Origin: Octopus bimaculoides
Lineage: Eukaryota
DNA: 64,000 bases
Assembly: GCF_001194135.2 (NCBI RefSeq)
Contig: NC_068993.1
Location: 28,286,165 to 28,350,164 of the forward strand
Reading direction: 5' to 3'
Of this stretch, positions 39,301-51,504 are shown one piece after another (positions within the stretch are counted from its first letter, which is position 1; each line of letters begins with the position of its first letter). A program made the position numbers and the translations under genes. Below the pieces are notes generated by a model. That model was not told the origin of the DNA and did no database searches. It saw only the letters and a program-made list of their open reading frames with translations.

Positions 39301-42300
39301 AAAACAAAACCAAATCTTTTTTTTAAAATGCGACAAAACATGAATCATTGAAACAATGATAAGTAGAATGCTGAAAGGGAAATATCTTGCCATTGGGAAG
39401 GGGAGGAGTTAGTCACAAATATTTAAGCAATGTCCAGAAATGGGTTCAGTATCCAGACATATTCTCCAAGAGCAGTTAGTTACATTGCACAGAAAAACGG
39501 GGGCTTTAAACAGAGCCACACTTTTTTCATGTACACACAAAGGCTTTAGTATTTTAGAAGATAAAGAAAAAACTGGATATGCAGCTGCATGCAATGCAAA
39601 CCAGCTATTTTCAAAGGGAAAGCTTACCTTTGCTGAGCTGCCTACACAGCAATAGGCAATAACAAGTACAATAGGAAGCAAAACAACAACAATGAATACG
39701 GCCCATAGCCAAGGCCGTTCATTAGTCACATCAAGAACAGCTTGCACTACACTTTTCTGAAACAGAGAAGCATTTAATTGAAGAAAGTTGACATAAATTA
39801 GAGAATTAAAAAGTAATACTCCATAACCCATTGAGTTCTTGGGGAACCACTGAATATAATTTTTCATTATTTGGACAGTGATTCAAGGTTGTGGTTTTAA
39901 CAGGGTCACAAGGAAGGTTTGATTATTTTAACCTTCTCAAAATCCATGGAAAAATATTAGCTTAATACTTCAAGCTAACCAAACACATCTGATACACACA
40001 GCTCACATGATTTAAAGCAGTAAATTAAACCTGCACATGATACCTATATACAATTGAATGGTCTTGACATTTTATAATTGTATAAACACTGCACATCATT
40101 GTCAGGGTATGAGCTGATGAACCTTCTGCTGGCAGGTCAAAGCCCAACTAACATGCCATTCAATTGCAATATTAAAATCAAAAACAATACAGTAATATTT
40201 TTCGTCTTATTTTATAGCTAAATGTAATAAATTACAGCTACTGATTAGCCATAAAAAACCTTGAGAATATTGTTACTGCATCAATATATATATATATAGA
40301 ATGCTGAAAGGGAAATATCTTGACATTGGGAAGGGGAGGAGTTAGTCACAAATATTTAAGCAATGTCCAGAAATGGGTTCAGTATCCAGACATATTCTCC
40401 AAGAGCAGTTAGTTATATTGCACAGAAAAGGGGGGGGGGCTTTAAACAGAGCCACACTTTTATTCACTGCACTATATATATATATATAGTGCAGTTAAGT
40501 AAACTGTCGTCTAAATTACATGAAAATGAAAACAACAATGACATCACATTTTAACAGATATATTTACCAAAGTTGCATAAAAATATATTCAAATACTAAA
40601 GAGTAAATTTATTCAATAAAATCCTCATTGGTTTCAATCATGGCCTCCAGACGACTTCGGAATCTCCCGCAACTCTTCTGGATGGTCTCCTTGTTTAAGT
40701 TGATGAATGCTGCCATAATCCTTGCTTTCAGTTCATCTTTGGTGTTACAAAGAGTTTTGTTGGTCTCTTGCTCAACTGCGCCTCACACATAAAAATCAAG
40801 GGAGTTGCAGTGTGGGGAGTTAGGTGGTCAGATGTTAAGGGTGATATGGTCACAGAAATTATCTGAAAACCATGACTGGGTTCTCCTGCTTATGTGACAT
40901 GATGCAGAGTCCTGCTGCCAAACAGAGGGTCTTCCAGCAGCCACCCTCTTGACCCAGGGTAGCACTACTTCTTCCAGGCACTTGATGTAAGCCTCCATGT
41001 TGAGACTGAGGCCGTGTGGGAAGACGAATGGAGGCATAACGTCACCATCACTAGAGACCACCCCAAACACCATGATGTTGACTGGATGTTTGATTTTCAT
41101 CACACTTGGTCCTCAGATTGACTCCCAAATACTTTGAAATGTTTGTATTGGACCTTCTGGCACAAATGCCAAGCAGTACAGTATGTCGTTACCAAATTTT
41201 GGGCAGAATGAATTGTGTCATGGTGCTATTTTTCTCACAGATGGTGTCCAACTGACCCTACTATACTGTGTAGTCAACAAAATCAAAAACAAACAATGCA
41301 CATGCGTGAAATTAAAAATATAAAATGGCGATGATTTACCCAGTGCACCCTTATATATCATAGCTTTGTATCACTTGTCATTATTTACAGGAACATAAGC
41401 AATTGATAATCATAAATATTGATAAGAGCTGATAAATAAATAGATGTTAAAACTATTCTTTTATTTGTTTCAGTCATTTGACTGTGACCATGCTGGAGCA
41501 CCACCTTTAGTCAAACAAATTGCCCCCAGGACTTATTCTTTGTAAGCCTAGTACTTATTCTATTAATCTCTTTTGCTGAACTGCTAAGTTATGAGGATGT
41601 AAACACATCAACATTGGTTGTCAAGCAATGGTGGTGGGGGGACAAACACATGACGGGCTTCTTTCAGTTTCCATCTACCAAATCTACTCACAAGCTTTGG
41701 TCAGCCTGAGGCTATAGTATAAGACACTAGCCCAAGGTACCATGCAGTGGGACTAAGGTGATGATGAAATCACAAAAATGCCTGATCCTTAGAGCACAGG
41801 ATTAATAGGTTCCATTTTTAAGCTAAAAAGAGAAACTTTCATTTTGAGCTATATTGCCTCACTTATTCCTTGAAGACAAACTCATTTAATTAAGTTTTTC
41901 AGGTATTTAACTCAAAGGATGAGCTCAAAACAAAGCTAGCAATTGCCATATGTGCCAGACTCTTCAGTAGCATTGTCCTACTTGTGCTCTAATATGATAT
42001 TGAGACAACGAAGACAATAGAACATCAATTGGCAATGATGCAAAGGGCCATGGAAAGATCTATGTTAGGAATATCATTAAGAGAGCACATTCAAAATGAG
42101 ATACTTCAAGAATGGAGTGAGTGAATCATGTGATCACAGAGTACCAAAAGCACAAGTTCTGCTGGGCCATACATGTCACAAGGTTGAGAGACTACAGGTG
42201 GACCTGTGCAGTTGCTGAGTAATAGCCGAAAGATCACAAAAGGTCACTTGGAAGGTCTTCACAACAATAGGAAGACGATTTGGTTAAGCAATTGGGGTTT

Positions 42301-45136
42301 GGAAGTGCACTGTGACCAGTGGAGTATAACAACATCTGAAGGCCTGGTCGATACTGTGATACTATGAGTCAGAAAAAACTATAAAACATCATTAAACACA
42401 TTTCATTAAGAATACTTTTTGATAATGGCACAAGGCCACAACAGTGCTGAGGAAGAAATTGTCCCCAGATATATAAATGAAGTCAAGCCAAGTAATTTCA
42501 AAAGAGAAAACTACACTCTCTGAGTGGTTGGCGTTAGGAAGGGCATCCAGCTGTAGAAACTCTGCCAAATCAGACTGGAGCCTGGTGTTGCCATCCGGTT
42601 TCACCAGTCCTCAGTCAAATCGTCCAACCCATGCTAGCATGGAAAGCGGACGTTAAACGATGATGATGATGATGATGATGATGAAAACGAAAGACTAACG
42701 ACAAAATATATACTTTTAGACATTCAGTCTATTTCTGCCATTCCACTGTGCTTAATTACTATTACTACTTGTAGTAAGTTCTAACTTTGGAACAAACCCA
42801 CAAATTTAGAGGTAAGAGCATGTCAACTTAAATCTACTCAATGTCAACACAGACACTATNNNNNNNNNNNNNNNNNNNNNNNNNNNNNNNNNNNNNNNNN
42901 NNNNNNNNNNNNNNNNNNNNNNNNNNNNNNNNNNNNNNNNNNNNNNNNNNNNNNNNNNNNNNNNNNNNNNNNNNNNNNNNNNNNNNNNNNNNNNNNNNNN
43001 NNNNNNNNNNNNNNNNNNNNNNNNNNNNNNNNNNNNNNNNNNNNNNNNNNNNNNNNNNNNNNNNNNNNNNNNNNNNNNNNNNNNNNNNNNNNNNNNNNNN
43101 NNNNNNNNNNNNNNNNNNNNNNNNNNNNNNNNNNNNNNNNNNNNNNNNNNNNNNNNNNNNNNNNNNNNNNNNNNNNNNNNNNNNNNNNNNNNNNNNNNNN
43201 NNNNNNNNNNNNNNNNNNNNNNNNNNNNNNNNNNNNNNNNNNNNNNNNNNNNNNNNNNNNNNNNNNNNNNNNNNNNNNNNNNNNNNNNNNNNNNNNNNNN
43301 NNNNNNNNNNNNNNNNNNNNNNNNNNNNNNNNNNNNNNNNNNNNNNNNNNNNNNNNNNNNNNNNNNNNNNNNNNNNNNATCTACTTTTAAAAACTATCTC
43401 TCTCTTGTCTTCTTTTATTGATTTATATTCTTTTCAAAAGTTTTCTGATTTAATATTTGTATTGCTTCAACTATAGTTGGCATCAGCAATATGTGAGGAT
43501 GATTTTAAATATTGTAAACAATTTCAAAATAAAATCATTCAGTCTTGTATTTTTTTTGTTTGTTTCAGTCATTTGACTGCGGCCATACTGGAGCACCACC
43601 TTTAGTTGAACAAATCGACCTCTGGACTTAGCCTAGTACTTATTTTATCGGTCTCTTTTGCCAAACCACTAAGTTACAGGGACATAAACACACCAACATT
43701 GGTTGTCAAGTGAAGACAGTGGGACAAACAAACACAAATATATATATATATATATTAAAAGCGATGGGCTTCCTTCAGTTTCCATCTACCAAATTCACTC
43801 ACAAGGCTTTGGTCAGCCTGAGGCTATAGTAGAATAGTAGAAAACATTTGTACAAGGTGCCACACAGTAGGACTGAACCCAGAACCACGTAGTTGGGAAG
43901 CAAGCTTCTTACCACACAGCCACTCCCTAAGCCTAATAATAATTATTGATGTAGTGTGCAAGAGAGACGTCTGTGTTGGTATGGTCATGTGATGTGTATG
44001 GATGAGGACAGCTGTGTAAAGAGGAGTCGATCTCTAACTGTAGAGGGAACCTGTGGAAGGGGTAGACCCAAGAAGTAATGGGATGAGGTGATGAAGCATG
44101 ATCTTCGAACATTGGGTCTCACAGAAGCAATGACAAGTGACTGAGACCTTTGTGATTGGCCATGCTTGAGAAGCACCAACAAGCCAAGTGAATTCATAGT
44201 CATGGCCAATGCCAGTGGCACATAAAAAGCACCCTTTGAACATTGGACCCCATGGAGACAATGATAAGTGCTGACACTTTTGGCGATATGCCATGCATGA
44301 GATGACTCGGCAAGCCAAGTGAAATCATAGTCAAAGCTGTTTATTTGGAGGCTTTGTTTTAAACTAATTTAAAACAAGTTCTCTCATTGGTTGAAAAAAT
44401 TTCAACCGAAATCATCCTAGGTTTTAGCCAGAATTATTCTAAAAGATATTTCAGAACGCTTCTAGAAACTTCCATGGAAAGTTATAAAAGCCTGAATTTT
44501 TTCCGATTTTAGTTAGTGGATAGTGTGGCTTCTGGAAGCTGTTACTCGCTCTCACATACACTTCTTGTAGTTTAACATTCCTGCTATGATACAAGACGTT
44601 GCTTTCCTCCATAATGACCTTTGCTTTCTTTAGTTTAGTTTCAATGAAATAGATAGGTAATTTAATTCTTGTTATGTCTTTGTGGTAGATAAACTCTTAG
44701 AGAAAAATTTTAAATTTCCTACTATACGTATGTTTTCTCACGTCTTTCTTTATTGACGAAGGGAGAGATTACTCTCATGTATTTATATTTAATTGTAATT
44801 AAACTTAGTAAAATAAACGAGAACCAAATGAAAATATCTTTGAAATTGAGCTTTCACAGAAATTTATTTGATGATTCTTGTCATTTTACCAACAGGAAGT
44901 GATAAAAGAAATTAGGTCAACTTCAATATATTATATCTGGGGAGGAGTGGCTGTGTGGTAAGTAGCTTGCTTACCAACCACATGGTTCCGGATTCAGTCG
45001 CACTGCGTGGCATCTTGGGCAAGTGTATTCTACTATAGCCTCGGGCTGACCAAAGCCTTGTGAGTGGATTTGGTACACGGAAACTGAAAGAAGCTCGTTG
45101 TATATATGTGTATATAATATATATATATATATATAT

Positions 45137-45168
<32 letters not shown>

Positions 45169-48100
45169 TTGTCCCCCCAACATCGCTTGACAACCGATGG
45201 CGTGTTTACATCCCCGTAATTTAGCAGTTCGGCAAAAGAGACCGATAGAATAAGTACTAGGCTTCCAAAGAATAAGTCCTGGGGTCGATTTGCTCAACTA
45301 AAGGCGGTGCTCCAGCATGGCCACAGTCAAAAAGACTGAAACAAGTAAAAGAGTAAAGAGTAAATACATCATCAACCACAGAATATATATGAAGACAACA
45401 AAATAAGAACCCGAAAATACAACAGCACATAAAAAGCAAGCACCCATTACATTCTTGGAGTGGTTGGCATTAGGAAGGGCGTCCAGCTGTAGAAACTATG
45501 CCTAATCAGATTGGAACCTGGTGTAGCTCTACAGCTTACCAGTTTCAATCAAACTGTCTCTAACCCATGCCAGTATGGAAAGCAGATACTAAATGATGAT
45601 GTAAAACGTTGCCTTAATATAACATTGGAATGACACATATTAAAGAGGAAAGTAGAGTCAATTAAAATAATCTCAGTACTTGTCTGGAATGTAATTTTAT
45701 CTAGTCCAGAAGGATGAGAGGCAAAGTTGATTTCAGTGTAGGATTTGAGAACCACTGCCTTGTCACAAATTTAGTTTTGGATGAAATAACAGAAACATTT
45801 AAAGTAGCTGTAGATGAAAACAGATTTTTATCAGTAAGAAGGCTTATTCAACTTACACCAGAAATGGAAGATTTTTCCTGAGCTTGTTTTAGTGCAAACG
45901 TATCTTCAGTCCATTTCGTAGTTGTTGCAAGGTTGTCTGTTATAAGAATGTTATCAAACATGATAGATTCAGTCATAGACCATAACTCTAATCCAACAGC
46001 ACCCTGGAAAAGAAATTTTCAAATTTAAGTAAAAGCATAATGAATCTCCATCAAATTTTTCTTCATTTTCATTTTTTTTTTTTTGGTAAATAGGATATCA
46101 ATTTTTGAAGTAAATTTTGCATTTCCAGTGAGTACATAGAGCAGTGGTTTTCTATCATTCAACTCTGTGCATTAAAAACTTTGTTCATTTCTCTTGCATT
46201 TATTTTTCCATGCTTGCATGGGTTTGATCAGTATATACTACTAAAGTATTGTTTTATAATTAGATCCCCTTCCTGGCATTAAACTGGCCTGTTTTTCAAG
46301 AGATTTTTAAAAAATTTCTTATGTCTTCTAGTTTGTTGACAGAGAACTGTCAACAAAGTTCCCCATTTGTGCTCAGCACTATTTATATGCGAATGCAGAA
46401 TGTAATCATTCGCACACATGGAAATCACTGTCTACCTAATTTACTCACAAAACATTGTTAGGCTAGGACCTAGAGTAGAAGAAATTTCCCCACAAAACTA
46501 TGTTGCTGAGGAAGCAAGCTTCCTAACTGCTATATAAGCATCTTGTGTTTTCAAAGACATTAATATGAATTTTCTAAATTCCTAGATTATATATTATTTT
46601 TAATCCAGGCATACTTACAGTACTTTGCAGCATACCATTTAAGAACCACTGATGCAGAAAGAAGGGGTGGGTTAATTTTTATTTTTTTAACTTTTGAACA
46701 AAATTAAATAATCCACTTACAATTGGTATCATTTGATAAGGATTCAAGTCTTCAAAATAATCAGGATTAGGAATCATTCTTGGTTTCCATATACCCTAGA
46801 GAGAGAGAAAGGTATATATATATATATAAAACACATATTTATGCCCATATATACATTTATGTATGTGTGATGATGATATATCAACAGAGGTACTCAGTGA
46901 TGCTCAAGTATCAAATGAACATGAGGGTGTGATTTGAGGAAGAATTAACTACTAAAGATCTTGCTTGTTGGTTTATGCATACATAAGATAGTAGAGTGTG
47001 ATTTGAGGAAAATTTGGATAACATCTATTAACTGCCCAAAGACTAAAAGTTTTAATTAGCAGGAATGAAAACAGGATTCTTTTGCCAATGGAAAAGTGAC
47101 TATGTTCAATATGCAGAGATAAAGTAGAAATTCTTTACGGTGTACACAGTGTAAATTAAGTGCACACAAGAGCTGTAGTAGAAGCACAAGCAGGCTGACA
47201 GAAAAGGTAGATTTTGTATAAGGCAGATGTATAAGAGTTAGTAATAAACTACAAGTCAAATAGATTCTTTCAAATGCTTAGAAAACTACCTAGAAGTAGT
47301 TGATAACATTTGTTATGCGTGTGAATAAATCAGTAGTGAAAAGGGAAGTAGGGTTGAGAAAGCACAGAAGCCAGTATCAGAACAAGGTAGAAAAAATTCA
47401 TTAAAATCTATTGCTTCTGTTCTCAACAAAAGCTTTTTCAGAGTAAAGTGCAAATTATATGATACTTGTGTATGAACTGGGATGCTGCATGGTAACAAGA
47501 TGTGAGCCTTGAATGAAGAAGATATGGAAAGGCAAGAAAGTGATGATGTAAGAATGCTAAGGTGGATCTGTAACGCTAGTAAACATACAGTAGAGCACAA
47601 ATGAACAGAGAGAAAAATTGGATACAAGAGGGATCAAGATAGTGCTGATAAGGTTATGTGACATGTAGGGAGAACACAGGCTATATACAGGAGCAAGTGA
47701 TCCAAGTAAATGGAATTTGTAGAAAGGAAACCTGCAGAAAACCTAATATGTAGCAAAAACTGATCTCAAGAAGCAGAATTCATGAAGAGATAAATGCTGT
47801 ACTAGAGAAGTCTTGCCCACTAGTATGACCATCTAAAATAACAACAGTGATGAAGGCTGGGATATTCAATATATTTATAATTGTTTCTTTCTCTGTCCAT
47901 TGGCTCCTAGCACTATCTCTTTCTCTCATCCTGCCACTTGTGAAATGACAATTGCAACATACTGGATTTCTCTCAATTCAATATCGCTTCCAATACCCCA
48001 GTCACTATTGCATAATTATTTTCTTTTTTCTCTTTACACTTTCTTCTCATTGTTACCTAATCCATCATGAAGCAGTCTATCACTATTTTCCATTAATTTC

Positions 48101-50617
48101 CCTTCTATCCTCTCTTGCACTGGCTCTCTCCTACCACTCTCTTTGCCATGTTCCTATTTAATCTCCTTACTAACAACCTTTATACTATCATCTCTCTCCC
48201 ACACTCTCCCTATCACCTAATAGCGCTTTCTGACCACTTCTGCCCTCTTAGTTGAGTGAAAAGAAAAGAATAAACAGAGAACATAAGGAAGAGGGGACAA
48301 GGTCTCTACTGATAATGAATAGAGACAATAAAGGATGGAAAACATTCTTTAGACTTGCTAGGAACAAAAGTCATTCTCAGATCAGAACATAAAAAAAAAA
48401 AAAAAAAAGGCAGAATTAGTATAGTTTATTAATTTTAGTATTAGTTTCTATTACTTCAGCTATATTACTTTCTGTTTACTAATTCATCTGAAGATCAATT
48501 TTTATAGAAGAGAATATTTACATGGTCAACTAAATTTAACCCTAGTATATAACAAGTAATTATTTGACCAACAAAGTAGTATGGAAGACAAAAATTAACC
48601 CTAATACCAAAATAGCTATCTCATCCAGTTACGTTTTCTTTTGTTTTTGCCCAAATTTGGCTCTTAATTGCCTTTAGTGGAATCCATTGTTACAAGTATG
48701 CACAGAAATCTCTGGACAGACAGAAACTGGAGAATTGCTTTGCCCACTACCCAACTCCCACCATCTGAAAAGCCTTAAAAGGGTGAATACTCGAGTTGTC
48801 TCCCCCACCCATAAGCTCCCAAAGGTCTCAGAAATCCTACAAAGGAAATTCCTAAATAATTCACCCACCATCACATACCAAAATTTTCAAAGATACTTAA
48901 AAAAATCATGGATACAGCATCCCTTTCTTATCAAGACGAAAAAACTGACCTGGTAATTTGGGTTGTCAATCATTGGAGGTCTCCATTTGCCCTTGTATTT
49001 AGGATTATCAATCATACCTGGTTTCCATTCACCACAACCAGGTGCATCTGCACATTTTGGGTTAGCTAAATTTACAAAAATGAAAATAAATTCAAAAAGT
49101 TATAGCATATATCATGAAAAATGTGTTCTTTGTGTAGGTCAACAAAATTATGTTATTTAGTTGTGAAATTTATTTTCTTAAAAATTTACTACAACTTAAC
49201 ACATTTCAAACAAAAGAGTAAGTAATATCTTGTAAATATAATTACAGAAGTGAGAAATTACTTACAGATCAAGGGAGCCTCCCATTCTCCATCCATATCA
49301 TCATCCCTATATGAATAAGAGAAAGACAAGTAAAAATAACCTGGCCAGAAGTTAAATTCGTACAAAAGAAGTAGAAATACAAACATCTGCAAATTCAAAG
49401 AGAAAACTTCAGTTAATTGATTTTAGGTAATTTTTAAATTATTAAAATATGTTTGACATCTTGTCATTTGAAAAAACCTTGAAATATAAATAAATTTTTT
49501 TTTTTTACCAAATTACTGTAACTATGAAGTATATATCAATAGTGCTTGTATGAGCAACCATTTGTTTTCAAAAAACAACTGAACAATAGCATTTGTAAAC
49601 GGTTTCCAATGGATTAGCCATTGGTTCATGGCATGTTTAATTTAGTGAAGTACAAATACCACAATGTAACAAACATCCATCATGTTATCAAGGTAATCAT
49701 TTTCCATCTGCACAATATCACTTTCAGTTAGATAATAACTGAATAGTTATTTCTTTCTCATGCTGTCCAAACAGCACTGATTCACATACTTAGATTATTC
49801 TCACTCTTCTTCAACCCTTGTCTGTAACATCACTCCAAGTACACATTGCATCACCCACAACCTGTCTTATTCCTTTACAATTTACTACGCCCCTACCTCA
49901 CTTCTATTGTTCAAGTCATATACTGAATGCCAGTAATGGCAGGTCTATATAAACAAGCCCAGATTTTTCCAACAACAAATGTTACACCTCACACATACTT
50001 CTAAATCTCAAAGTTAACATACCAGTCAGCTGGTTTTTCAGCATCAGGGTCTGGAATATCTTCTGGTTCATCATCAAGCCAACCAGAAGGCTTCACAGCA
50101 TCCTCATCAATAATTTTTTCTGGTTGTTCTTCATCCCTGAAGTTAGATACACAAATTATATATAAAATTGTTCTGGTGTCCACTTTATGTTTGCTTGAGC
50201 TGGACAGAATTATTTTTTGAGGCAAATTTTCTACAATTAAATGCTCTTTCTCCTGTTTTTACATGAGGAAATATTTCCTCATGGCCAGACATGTTTTCAC
50301 AAAGGATTGAAAAGGACACTAATTTATGATGGTAACACATGCTTACAACTGTCATGCAGTGTCAAGACAAGGAAACACAAATACTCATGTACAAGTGTGT
50401 GTATACACATGTACACAAAACATATGTTCACTTGGACATATCACCATATCTCTTTCAAATTACAATAGGGAGCAACTTTATAGTAAGAGAATAAGAAGTG
50501 AAGGGGGATAAAGCAGGAAAGAAAAGGGTTAGAGCACAGCATGTTTCTTGCTGTGAAGCTACATGATTACTCACATTTTAGGAGAGAAGCTGGGAGTGGT
50601 TAGGTGTGTGTGTGTGT

Positions 50618-50660
<43 letters not shown>

Positions 50661-51405
50661 TTGTCAACTAGTCCTTGAATATGATATCTTGGAACTTCTT
50701 GAGCTTCTTTTTTTACTTGGTAAATAATTCTTCATGCCAGCCTTTGATTTCATCACTTTGCTACACATACTGCATTAAAACCAAGTTGCTGGGAAGACTG
50801 CAGCTGCTCCATATTATCATGCTCTCTGATGTGGTTGTGAGGCTTTCCTCTTACCTTGGAATTCTCACATTACACCGCTGACTCCTTCGTGTATTACCTG
50901 GTTAACAATACGGGTGACTAGGCTATATAGCCTACACTGCCAGATATTTTTAGCATCTCTGTAGTGATTCCTGATGGGCTGGGGGGGCTTTCCTTGTTTT
51001 CATACTCTTAACAGCTTTATCTACCATGGTACTGTCAACTCGAATCGCTGGTCCCTCTGTTGGGTTGACATTCAGCAGACTCTCTTCCTCCCATTCATTC
51101 TCTTTATTGAGCAACCTTTTGTAGTGGTGTCTCCAAACCTCTTTCTTTGCAGCTTCGTTTAGTGCAAGCGTGCCATCATCCATGCGAACACATTTCTCTC
51201 CCACGACATCCGATTCTCTCTCTCACACTGTCTTGCAACCCCAAATACCTCAAGTCTTTCGGCCTCATGGTGCAGAACATTGGCAAATTTTTTCTTATCT
51301 GCTTCCCCTCTGGCTTAATAAACCTGTCGCTTAGCTTCCCTTCTGGCAGTCTGATACAATTCCCTGCTACCACCGTTTTTCCAGTCCTTCCAAGCCTGTT
51401 TCTTT

Positions 51406-51504
<99 letters not shown>

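Noticed and set aside
39409-39867. 152-aa ORF as a stand-alone membrane protein
   Set aside because: Only 39628-39756 is calnexin-like and bounded by splice sites; the rest is intron read-through
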